NCBI GenBank assembly: GCA_031555495.1
Contig: JAVBUI010000274.1
Span: 1-37,064 of the forward strand
Source: Victivallaceae bacterium
Lineage (GTDB): Bacteria; Verrucomicrobiota; Lentisphaeria; Victivallales; Victivallaceae
Reading direction: 5' to 3'
Length of the DNA stretch: 37,064 nucleotides
Under the pieces are notes generated by a model, which made no database searches, was not told where the DNA came from, and saw only the letters and a program-made list of their open reading frames with translations. Both the position numbers and the translations under genes were made by a program. Positions 25,589 to 33,287 of the stretch are shown piece after piece; the first letter of the stretch is position 1, and the number at the start of each line of letters is the position of its first letter.

Positions 25589-26251
25589 TTATTGTTTCAT
25601 GGTGGGATACAGTTTTTCGGGAAGCGATTGCTCGGTCGGCGCACCGTCGCGGCCGCCGGAGAGCATCGAGCCCTCGGTCTGGAAGCGCTTGCCGAAAGCC
25701 AGCGCGATCTGCCACAGCTCCGGCATATTGCCGAAGACGGGGTCGTTGTAGAGCGCCCGAATTTCGGGAGCCTCGCGCGACATGTCGGCGATCGCCAGTT
25801 GCACCAGCGGAAGTTCCGTCTGATATTCCGGGCGGTTGACGATGGTGTTGCGCCAGCCGGTCACGGTTTCGACGCTGCGCTGTTCGGCCTCCTTGGCGGA
25901 GTCGCCGAGTTGACCGCAATCGAGATCCATCAGCTCCTGCGCCAGTTCCGGGGCAATCTTCCCCTTCGCGAACAGCGCGGCGGCCTTCTCCATCACCGGC
26001 GCATTCATTTCGAAGCCTTCCGGCAGCTTCAGCGTTTTGCCGTAATCGACCGCTTCGGCAGTTTCGGCTTCCTGCTCTTTGGGGGCTTCGCCTTCCGCCA
26101 TCAGCGGCTTTGCACCTTCGGTTTCCGGGGCCTTGGCGGCTTCCGGCGCGACAGCCACGGCTTCCGGGGCTCCGCCCATCAGCGGAGCTTCCGATGCGGC
26201 CGCTGCGGCCGTTTCCGTCGCGGCGGCGGCAGTGTTCAGTTCATCGGCCAT
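25589..26251 (-). CDS. scaffolding protein
   Basis: Start at MADELNTAAA (ATG 26251, SD AGGAACAAGGAAG). Ala/Glu-rich, low complexity, helical. Lies between portal and capsid. Confidence 0.65.
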   Translation of the reverse strand: MADELNTAAAATETAAAAASEAPLMGGAPEAVAVAPEAAKAPETEGAKPLMAEGEAPKEQEAETAEAVDYGKTLKLPEGFEMNAPVMEKAAALFAKGKIAPELAQELMDLDCGQLGDSAKEAEQRSVETVTGWRNTIVNRPEYQTELPLVQLAIADMSREAPEIRALYNDPVFGNMPELWQIALAFGKRFQTEGSMLSGGRDGAPTEQSLPEKLYPTMKQ

Positions 26252-26505
26252 TCTTCCTTGTTCCTTTCCTGTTCGGCCAGCCGCGCGGCGGCGTATTCCC
26301 GCCATTCGCGTTCGGCCAGTTGATATTTTTCAAAATCGATCTCACAGAGTAAATTGCGCATTTTCAGCCCTGCGTCCCGCAAGTCGCGACACGGAAAACC
26401 GACGTCGTAAATGTGGAACACCTCATAGAGCTGCCGCATCAACTGCCGACGCAGCGCCGGGATTCTCAGCATCGTTTTGAGTTCGAGGTCAAGCGGAGTT
26501 CCCAT
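26236..26505 (-). CDS. hypothetical small protein (89 aa) between portal and scaffold
   Basis: The ATG abuts the portal stop (26505/26506). Overlaps the scaffold start by 16 nt. No motifs recognised. Confidence 0.45.
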   Translation of the reverse strand: MGTPLDLELKTMLRIPALRRQLMRQLYEVFHIYDVGFPCRDLRDAGLKMRNLLCEIDFEKYQLAEREWREYAAARLAEQERNKEEWPMN

Positions 26506-28218
26506 TTACAGCACCTGCCCCCCGCTGCCGCCGGTCAGGTTGGCGACGACGTCCGAGAGGTTCCCGGCGTCGACTTCGCTTGCAACCTTGGCCCCCTTTG
26601 CCATATCCCCGCCGATCTTCGCCGACTGGGCGAGCTTCATCATCTGCGCGTCCTCTTCGACGGCGCGACGGTATTCCTGATCGTCAACCACGATATCCTT
26701 GTCGGCGCCGACCGCCTCGGCGTAGTTGTCGATAGCGCGGGAAATATTGATCTTGCGCTTGGCCTCCGGGAAGATCCCGACGACGGAGCCGACATAGCCC
26801 AGGAGCGATTCATTGGACCTGACTGCCACCGCCTTCTGCGCCTGGCTCAAGATCGAAATGTACTCGATCCGGCTTCCGGCCTGACGAATCTCTTCCGGCG
26901 GGTCCGGGAGTTTCCCGGCGTAGTAGAGCATCTGCGTGGTTCGCGAGACGATGATATCCAAGCCTTCATGGTGAATCCGCTCCAGTACCGGCCCCAGCGC
27001 CTGAAGCTTTTCCCAGCTTCGTTCTTCGACTTCGCGGGCGGTCATCACATTGCCGCCGGTGGCCGCGTCTCGCTGCTGGAGCATCAAAAAGAGGTCGTTG
27101 TAGTAAAAGCGCTGGATCTCCACCACAGTCTGCGTGATCACCGCGTTCAAAGTACCGATATCGGGATTGACCAGATACAGCGGCCGGATGCCGTCGCCCT
27201 GGCTCGTCACCACGTTATAGCCGCCGGGCGAGGCATTGATCCCGCGCCGGTCGAATTCGTTGGGACCCTGAAGCGGCGGGTCGACCAATTTGCGAAGCGC
27301 CTGAAGCTTGTCGCGCTCCATCATCTGCAACATCTTGACATTGCCGAGCGCCATCCGCGACGGGCTGTAGCCGTAAACGTCGTTGCCGACGGTGGACCAG
27401 CGGATCACGGCAATCGGGAAGCTGCGGAAGTAACGCACCGCCAACAGCTGCCGTTCCTTGGCGGTTTCCGGCGTACCTTCCTCAAAGTGCGCCTCGACCA
27501 CCGGCATGTAATCGCGTCCCGCAAGTCCGTAGCGCTCCGGGTTGCGGATCGTCGCGCAGTAGACCTTGAACCGCTCTTCGAGGCGGTTGTGATTGTAGGC
27601 ATCCTTTGCCCGTTCGGAAAGGCGGTCATAACCGTATTCGTCGACCATCTGCTTGACGGTCAGGTAGTCAAAGGTGAAAAAGGCGTCGAGCTCCTGCCGG
27701 ATATTGTAACTGAGCCAGTAGCTCCCACAGGTGAAGCTGCGGAAGAAAAAGACCTTCTCCGGGTGCGGCAGGATCGCCAGCGCCCCGGTGCCGAAGTAAA
27801 GCATTTCATTATACACGTCAAGCAGCGCGTCGTAGAGATTGCTGGCATCGTAATGCTCGAAGCAGACCTTTTCGACCAGCGCGTAGTAGCGCATGTTTTC
27901 GGCACTGCGGCTGATCGACGAATCGAGGCTGCCGGTACGCATCCAGCGCCGCGCCTTGGAAGTCAGCCCGGACTGCATGCCGTTGGCGGCGACTTCCACC
28001 GCCTTGGTGGCCGCGCCGTTGATGACTTTGCCGTCCTTGCGGCTGCCGTCGTTGACTTCGGTAACGCTGTCGCCGAAGAGGAACCGCCCGCGGTGCGGCG
28101 CGATATAATCTTTGATATCCCGCCAGTACGGTTCAAAGGTGCTGCGTTCGCGCTTGAGTTCCCCCAGGTGTCGCAGCAGTTCCCGTACCGGCAGTTTTTG
28201 TTCGGCGGCCATTTGCAT
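26506..28218 (-). CDS. portal (head-to-tail connector) protein
   Basis: LLRHLGELKRERSTFEPYWRDIKDYIAPHRGRF matches the N-terminal pattern of T7 gp8-type connector proteins. About 570 aa, downstream of TerL. Start taken at MQMAAEQ (28218), 4 nt after the stop of the 70-aa ORF. The ORF-track start at 28275 is an alternative. Confidence 0.8.
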   Translation of the reverse strand: MQMAAEQKLPVRELLRHLGELKRERSTFEPYWRDIKDYIAPHRGRFLFGDSVTEVNDGSRKDGKVINGAATKAVEVAANGMQSGLTSKARRWMRTGSLDSSISRSAENMRYYALVEKVCFEHYDASNLYDALLDVYNEMLYFGTGALAILPHPEKVFFFRSFTCGSYWLSYNIRQELDAFFTFDYLTVKQMVDEYGYDRLSERAKDAYNHNRLEERFKVYCATIRNPERYGLAGRDYMPVVEAHFEEGTPETAKERQLLAVRYFRSFPIAVIRWSTVGNDVYGYSPSRMALGNVKMLQMMERDKLQALRKLVDPPLQGPNEFDRRGINASPGGYNVVTSQGDGIRPLYLVNPDIGTLNAVITQTVVEIQRFYYNDLFLMLQQRDAATGGNVMTAREVEERSWEKLQALGPVLERIHHEGLDIIVSRTTQMLYYAGKLPDPPEEIRQAGSRIEYISILSQAQKAVAVRSNESLLGYVGSVVGIFPEAKRKINISRAIDNYAEAVGADKDIVVDDQEYRRAVEEDAQMMKLAQSAKIGGDMAKGAKVASEVDAGNLSDVVANLTGGSGGQVL

Positions 28219-28222
28219 CGCG

Positions 28223-28435
28223 TCAGTTTCCCAGCGTTCTTTGTTTGGTTTCGGCGGAGGCCCCGGAGAGCGCACCCTTGGTCTTGTCGGTGCCGATCAC
28301 GCCGAAGCGGCGAATCGCCGCCGTCCTGGCGCTCTCTCTGGTTTTCGCCACGTCATCATCGGTATACTTCACCGGCTCCGGGGTGGCCGGGACGGTGGCT
28401 TGCGCATTCGGCATCTTGGTTGACGGTTTACACAT
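28223..28435 (-). CDS. hypothetical small protein (70 aa) between TerL and portal
   Basis: AGGGGAG SD 8 nt before the ATG at 28435. No motifs. Confidence 0.45.
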   Translation of the reverse strand: MCKPSTKMPNAQATVPATPEPVKYTDDDVAKTRESARTAAIRRFGVIGTDKTKGALSGASAETKQRTLGN

Positions 28436-28467
28436 GATTCAATCTCCCCTGCTGGTATATTTTTTCT

Positions 28468-29865
28468 TCACAACCCCAACTTAAAATCATCCCGTGCAAA
28501 TAGCACATCGGTTTCACGCCCAAATAAGCCCCGCGATGGGGCAACCGGTTCGGCGAAGGTTAAAGCAAGGGCGTCGCCGTAGTCCGGGCTGCGGCCGATC
28601 CGCTTGCGGATCGCGGGCTTGTCTTCGAGCTTGAGCCGCCCGTTGTCGTACTCATAACCCGGCGAAGCGAGGTCACGGATCATCTGTTCGTCGGGATAAA
28701 TCGCACCGGAGCGGTCCAGCCACTGGCGCATCAAGTCCCACATTTCCGAGCGCTTGTTGTAGTAGTGGGCGAAGTCGGTAGCCTTGGCGTTGAACATCAC
28801 TTCAAAGACCGGGAAAGGGGCCCGGAGCTGCCGCAGCGCGTCGACCACCGAGGCCCCGTAGCCGCCGGTGCCGTCGACGAAAACCGCGTCAAGCGGCGTT
28901 TCCTTGTGCATCAGCATCAGCTGCCCGGCGAGAAACGTACCGGGAACCTTTTTGAAAGTCCGGGCCTTGTACGAAGCCGGACCCTGCCGCCGGACGATGG
29001 TGCTTTCATCCTCGCCGAACCGGGCGACGTCCACTCCGGCCACATTCGCCGAACTGAACATGTCTTCCGGCCGGATATGCCGTTTGGAAGCGGCAACAAT
29101 CGCATCGAGCGCAATCAGCACGTTTTCGCTCGAAGCATTCCAGTCAAGCTCCATTTCCTGCCGCCACTCGATTTCGCTGACGCCGCTTCGCAAAGTCGCC
29201 AGAGCTTGTTCATCCAGCCACGGAATTTTGCCGTGCGTCACGCTCTCCGGGAAGTACAAGCTGCCCCAGTGAGGATCTTTCTCCGGCCCGTTAACACCCT
29301 TGCGGTAGAAGTCGAAGAATTGGTCGATCCCCTTGACCGTCCCGGTGAACGTCGCCCAGCCTTTGCGGTCGGCCAGACGCGGCGCGAGGATCTTTCCCCA
29401 AACCCCCGGCTTCAAGTCGGCGGTTTCGTCGACCGCCATTCCGTCGGTATAGGGCCCGCGCAGCGTTTCCGGTTCCTCCCAGCCGCCAAGCTCCAGCGTC
29501 GACGGATTCGCCGCGCCGCGATGAGTGAACACCACCTTGGAATCGGATTCGGAAATCCTGATCGCCTCAAGCCCGTTCTCGTGAGCGTTGTTGACGTAGA
29601 ATTTGATTTTGTCCCAGGCAATCTTCTTCGCCTGTTTCAGCGTCGGCGCAAGAAACTGGTAGATCGGCAGCCGCTTCTGGCAAGTGATACAGCCTTCCAG
29701 AAGCTCCACGAGAATCCCTTCCGTCTTGCCGAACCGTCGATGTGCCACCAGCGTCGTATGAGCCTGAAGCCGCCGTATCCGGTGAAACTCCCGTTGGAAC
29801 TCCGTCGGCAGATACCCGAAGAGCTCATAAATCGAAAGCCGTTTTTGAATGATGTCAGCCACCAA
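28468..29865 (-). CDS. terL: terminase large subunit
   Basis: Walker A-like HRRFGKTEG and Walker B-like GMAVDETAD. C-terminal nuclease-type region with conserved acidic residues (VAGVDVARFGEDES; DAVFVDGTGGYG). The TTG/GTG start overlaps the upstream stop. Confidence 0.85.
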   Translation of the reverse strand: MVADIIQKRLSIYELFGYLPTEFQREFHRIRRLQAHTTLVAHRRFGKTEGILVELLEGCITCQKRLPIYQFLAPTLKQAKKIAWDKIKFYVNNAHENGLEAIRISESDSKVVFTHRGAANPSTLELGGWEEPETLRGPYTDGMAVDETADLKPGVWGKILAPRLADRKGWATFTGTVKGIDQFFDFYRKGVNGPEKDPHWGSLYFPESVTHGKIPWLDEQALATLRSGVSEIEWRQEMELDWNASSENVLIALDAIVAASKRHIRPEDMFSSANVAGVDVARFGEDESTIVRRQGPASYKARTFKKVPGTFLAGQLMLMHKETPLDAVFVDGTGGYGASVVDALRQLRAPFPVFEVMFNAKATDFAHYYNKRSEMWDLMRQWLDRSGAIYPDEQMIRDLASPGYEYDNGRLKLEDKPAIRKRIGRSPDYGDALALTFAEPVAPSRGLFGRETDVLFARDDFKLGL

Positions 29866-30265
29866 GCCCCTCCGTCAGTACGATCTGGATTGCCACGTTC
29901 CCCGAACCCTTGTCGGGATAGTAGCCCTGAAGCTTCGCGACCGACTCGGCAGCGTCGATCTTGGTATTGGGAAAAATTTCAGAATCCCGAACGACTTCGG
30001 TAAGCCGCATCGCCAGTTCGTCTTTGCTGGCGATCAGCGGAAGGCAGCACCCTTGTCCGGCAAGGTACGCAATCCATTCCTTGACTTTGTCGCTGTGAAG
30101 AATCGCCAGCTGCCGGGTGTCCCCGGAGGCAAGATCGAGGAAGTCAGCGACCTTGCCTTTTGAGTGGCACCACCAGCGGACGACCCGCTTTTCGGTATCG
30201 CGGAGCCGGGTAGCCGGTTTCGCCGGACGGTCAGATTTTGTAGTGACGGGATTTTCGGAAGTCAT
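29855..30265 (-). CDS. possible terminase small subunit (136 aa)
   Basis: Start at MTSENPV (ATG 30265). Immediately upstream of, and overlapping, terL. Called from size and position only. Confidence 0.4.
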   Translation of the reverse strand: MTSENPVTTKSDRPAKPATRLRDTEKRVVRWWCHSKGKVADFLDLASGDTRQLAILHSDKVKEWIAYLAGQGCCLPLIASKDELAMRLTEVVRDSEIFPNTKIDAAESVAKLQGYYPDKGSGNVAIQIVLTEGLGG

Positions 30266-30810
30266 GGACGCGCCGTATCCTCTCCCGCGCGCACCGTCGC
30301 GATTTCGGGGGTACTCCCCCCCGCCGCGCCCTGATCGCCACCCCCTTGTCCGGCCCCGCGCAACTTGGCGCACGGATACGGACGTACTGATTGATAATCA
30401 TCCGGCGCAAGCTCAAAACGCCCCGATGTAGCAAAAAGCGTAACCAATGACTCCGGTATCCACCACCACCGCCGCCGGGAATCGACTGCGCGAACCAGCC
30501 ACCGCGAAGGCGAAAGCCGAGCGCCCGCCGCGGCGCGTTGCGCACGTTGCAGCGCGGCATCAAGTATCTTGCATGGATCGTACACGATTTGACCGTCACG
30601 CCGGGCGATATCGTTCAGAAGAATGTTAATCAGGATCATCGCAATTTCATGACGAATCGAGAGCGACACCACCGGAATACCGGAGGCAGCCAAGAGGAAC
30701 AGCCGGGACAGGGTTTTCTTCCGGCGAACGGACATGTTGCGCGTGTAGTGGTTAGCGTCGACCTTTTCGGACGACTCGATCATGGCGTTAATTTCGTCTG
30801 GCGTGAGCAT
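30262..30810 (-). CDS. hypothetical protein, first gene of the late/structural operon
   Basis: Start at MLTPDEINAM (ATG 30810) with an AAGGAG SD 7 nt upstream. ATGA overlap with the next gene. The C-terminal half is compositionally odd (Arg/Trp/Gly-rich), so its extent is uncertain. Confidence 0.4.
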   Translation of the reverse strand: MLTPDEINAMIESSEKVDANHYTRNMSVRRKKTLSRLFLLAASGIPVVSLSIRHEIAMILINILLNDIARRDGQIVYDPCKILDAALQRAQRAAAGARLSPSRWLVRAVDSRRRWWWIPESLVTLFATSGRFELAPDDYQSVRPYPCAKLRGAGQGGGDQGAAGGSTPEIATVRAGEDTARP

Positions 30811-30958
30811 GGCAAATCTCCTTTTTGCCAGTATCATAGACGGCAACAAGGGAAATAGCACAACGGTTTCAAACCATCGAGCCGGGAAAGTTACTCGCAT
30901 ACGCATGCACACGTACACGCGCGAGAGAAGCAAAGACTTCTAAGTTGTGGAGCCGGGA

Positions 30959-31149
30959 GACGGGGAACGGAGTCACGCAGCGTCAGCGGCGGCGTGTAAC
31001 GACGAGGTATGTAATAAGCCTACGCAGGGGGCTTATTACTACCGTTTCCCCGTCCACGTCTACCAACAAGAAAAAGGGAAGGGGGAAATATTATATATTT
31101 ATATATACCGGAAAAATCCCCCTTCCACCTCAGCTAATATCAATTAGCT
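30959..31149. promoter_or_regulatory. cluster of nested inverted repeats in the divergent control region between the late and early operons
   Basis: GACGGGGAACGG (30959-30970) pairs with CCGTTTCCCCGTC (31042-31054). GTAATAAGCC (31011-31020) pairs with GGCTTATTAC (31030-31039). GGAAGGGGGA (31077-31086) pairs with TCCCCCTTCC (31117-31126), flanking a 30-nt AT-only loop. AGCTAAT-ATCA-ATTAGCT lies at 31132-31149. Confidence 0.6.
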
Positions 31150-31207
31150 AATTATGGCATTTTTCGCCTCAAATCAAACTTTTTTCGATTTTTCTTTCAA
31201 AAAGCAC

Positions 31208-31235
31208 TTGCATAATCAATTAAATAGATTATAAT
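31208..31235 (+). promoter_or_regulatory. near-consensus sigma70 promoter TTGCAT-16-TATAAT (early rightward operon)
   Basis: -35 at 31208-31213 and -10 at 31230-31235. Followed by SD AAAGGAGG (31253-31260). Confidence 0.6.
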
Positions 31236-31277
31236 ATATCCAGTGACAAACGAAAGGAGGCACACGAAACGAATGAA

Positions 31278-31463
31278 ATGAAGCCGCCGAAACCCGGCGA
31301 ACGTTGCCCGTGCTGCGGGCAGATCAAGAGAAAGAGTTATCAACGTAAACCAGAAGCAGCAGAACGAAGCCGCGAGAACGGCAAGCTAAAAGGAGGAAGG
31401 CCGATTGACCCGAACAGCAAGCGCCAACAAGCGCTTAGGGCGAAACAGGCCAAGGATGAATAA
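31278..31463 (+). CDS. small basic protein with CPCC motif (61 aa), first early gene
   Basis: MKPPKPGERCPCCGQIKRK...KGGRPIDP, Lys/Arg-rich. Preceded by a 2-codon ATG-AAA-TGA mini-ORF (31273-31281) whose stop overlaps this ATG. Confidence 0.45.
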   Translation: MKPPKPGERCPCCGQIKRKSYQRKPEAAERSRENGKLKGGRPIDPNSKRQQALRAKQAKDE

Positions 31464-31584
31464 AAAAAGAGCCCTGAACCGGCGGCAACCGATTCAAGGC
31501 AGAGTTGGACCGAGAACGAATCAAGAACCCGGAGCAACGGCACAATATAGCGCCGCAGCTCCACAAATGCAAGGAGACGGCGTT

Positions 31585-32556
31585 ATGGACGTTTACGAAA
31601 TCATCACAGAGCGTATCATTGAAAAGCTCAATGAAGGCGTTATCCCGTGGCGGAAGCCCTGGACGAACTATGCAAGCGGATTGCCGCGCAACGGCGTAAG
31701 CAAGCGCGAGTATACCGGGCTGAATCTCTTTCTGGCCCGACTGAACGACTACGCCAGCCCCGACTTTTTCACCGCCCGCCAGATTAAAGAGCTGGGCGGC
31801 TCGATCAAAAAGGGCGAAAAAGGGAACATCATCACCTTCTGGCGGCTGATGGAATACAAAGACGCGACCGGTGAAGAAAAGACGGTTCCGCTGTTGCGTT
31901 ACTATCAAGTCTGGAACCGGACGCAGTGCACCGGCCTTCCGGCTCCGAAAGCGGACGCCATGCCCGCGAACGTGCTTTCACCGGTCGAAGCCGCGGAAGC
32001 CCTAATCAACGGTTACGCCGACTGCCCGCAGATCCGCGAAGGCGAAGCCAGAGCCTACTACACGCCTACCAGCGACTTTGTGAATATGCCGATCCGCGGC
32101 AGCTTCGGCAGCCCGGCGGACAATCCGGGCAAAAGGAGACACAAAATGACTTACCAAGAAATGAAAAATCGCCACCAAGAGGAATTCAATGCATTGCCCC
32201 TGATGGCAGCATTTGACATGAGACAGTTCGAGGAAGGCAAGAGACGACTGGGCGTAATCAACGACGACGAGCTGCTAAACTATGGCTACGGTTGTTTCAT
32301 CCGTAAGGTTGATATGCCGCGATTCAACGAACATTCCGAGCGCACGGCCGCCGAAAGGAAAGCAGCCATGCAGGACTTCAGCTTCTGCGTCGGCATGTTC
32401 GAATACGAAATGGCTAACCATGAATACGGCTATACGCGCAATATCTCGGATACGCTCGGCGCTTGCGGTTTGACAGCCGACGAGATTAACGCCGACAAGA
32501 TGCTGCAAAAAGCATTGAATACAGCCATCAAAAACTATCTCGGTAAAGACAAGTAA
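31585..32556 (+). CDS. ArdC N-terminal (ssDNA-binding, DUF1738-like) domain fused to an unrelated ~136-aa C-terminal domain; metalloprotease domain absent
   Basis: Start at MDVYEII (AAGGAG 8 nt upstream). VIPWRKPW...PRNGVSKREYTGLNLFLA...FFTARQIKELGGSIKKGEKGNIITFW...LRYYQVWNRTQCTGL is the ArdC-N signature. AYYTPTSDFVNMPIRGSF matches the ArdC linker, but the expected HExxH does not follow. In-frame internal AAGGAG (32133-32138) plus ATG (32146). Confidence 0.8.
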   Translation: MDVYEIITERIIEKLNEGVIPWRKPWTNYASGLPRNGVSKREYTGLNLFLARLNDYASPDFFTARQIKELGGSIKKGEKGNIITFWRLMEYKDATGEEKTVPLLRYYQVWNRTQCTGLPAPKADAMPANVLSPVEAAEALINGYADCPQIREGEARAYYTPTSDFVNMPIRGSFGSPADNPGKRRHKMTYQEMKNRHQEEFNALPLMAAFDMRQFEEGKRRLGVINDDELLNYGYGCFIRKVDMPRFNEHSERTAAERKAAMQDFSFCVGMFEYEMANHEYGYTRNISDTLGACGLTADEINADKMLQKALNTAIKNYLGKDK

Positions 32557-32570
32557 GGAAGGGTATAACT

Positions 32571-32837
32571 ATGATTTTCAAACTTTCAAAAGTGCAAAAG
32601 AAAACTTGCAAGAAGCTCGGAATCGAATGGGAGGAAGGCGGACAATACACCGACGACGACGGAAAGGACTGCACCGGCATTTGCCTGATTGCTCCTGATG
32701 GGAAGTGGTTCGGCAATCGCGGTTGCCACATGCCGATCGTGTGGGATGATAAGGACTTCGACGAGGCTATCGCCGGGCTCGAAGACTGCGATGACCCCGA
32801 TTGCGAATGTTGTCACAGCGAAGAAGACGAAGAATAG
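32571..32837 (+). CDS. small acidic Cys-rich protein (88 aa)
   Basis: SD AAGGAAGG. Lys-rich N-terminus, then a strongly acidic body with 8 Cys (DCDDPDCECCHSEEDEE). Confidence 0.5.
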   Translation: MIFKLSKVQKKTCKKLGIEWEEGGQYTDDDGKDCTGICLIAPDGKWFGNRGCHMPIVWDDKDFDEAIAGLEDCDDPDCECCHSEEDEE

Positions 32838-32852
32838 CCTTCACCCACCGCC

Positions 32853-32881
32853 GCCTCCGGTTCACCGCCGGGGGCTTTTTT
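32853..32881 (+). terminator. intrinsic terminator of the early operon
   Basis: GCCTCCGG (32853-32860) pairs with CCGGGGGC (32868-32875), including one G-U. 7-nt loop, then T6. Confidence 0.7.
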
Positions 32882-33287
32882 ATTCCTCCGTCACCAGCCG
32901 CACGAACACCCCCGGATAATCCCCATGCCAGCGGGTAATGCGTTCGTCATAGATCCGGGCATCGTCCGGGAAGTATTCGAGTTTCTGCATCACGTCCTTA
33001 ATCATCTTAATCAGGTTGTCCCCGTCGGGCCGGGTGGTCTTCGGAACAGCGCTAACGCCGCGCTTCCGGGCCCGCTTCTCGCTTTCGATGGTGTGCGGCC
33101 ACGTCAACCCAATCTCCAGCCGCAGCGGCCCCGCGAGGGGCTTTCCCGGTCGATGCTGTTCGAGGACTGCTTGCCATGTTGCACGGGCGACCCGCCCGGC
33201 GTCATGAAGATACCCGCCGCTGGCCGACTGCCGCCGCTGCTGATTGGTGGTTTTTGGGGGGACGAAAGGATGAAAGAACTCAATCAC
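32880..33287 (-). CDS. rusA: RusA-family Holliday junction resolvase
   Basis: PPKTTNQQRR..., then TRPDGDNLIKMIKDVMQKLEYFPDDARIYDERITR matches the RusA catalytic-core pattern (PD.DNL.K...D.L......DD..I). ATGA overlap with the integrase stop. Confidence 0.8.
   Translation of the reverse strand: MIEFFHPFVPPKTTNQQRRQSASGGYLHDAGRVARATWQAVLEQHRPGKPLAGPLRLEIGLTWPHTIESEKRARKRGVSAVPKTTRPDGDNLIKMIKDVMQKLEYFPDDARIYDERITRWHGDYPGVFVRLVTEE

Noticed and set aside
21916-30003. Long plus-strand ORFs opposite the nozzle, capsid, portal and terminase genes (21916-23241, 24997-25839, 25340-26323, 26413-28437, 28765-30003).
   Set aside because: Same shadow-ORF composition. The opposite-strand products carry recognisable phage motifs.
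30811-30933. Upstream extension of the first late gene (ORF-track start 30933) and of the terS candidate (30373), scaffold (26305), DUF2335-like gene (10899) and ArdC-like gene (31405).
   Set aside because: Each extension lacks an SD and is compositionally odd, while an internal ATG with a canonical AGGAG-type SD begins the recognisable or plausible protein.
30946-30953. 8-nt match (TGGAGCCG) to the 3' end of tRNA-Thr inside the control region, considered as a possible att remnant defining a small int-rusA-ardC island.
   Set aside because: The flanks do not extend the match and the segment cannot be folded as a tRNA T-arm/acceptor remnant. Chance matches of this length are expected in 37 kb.
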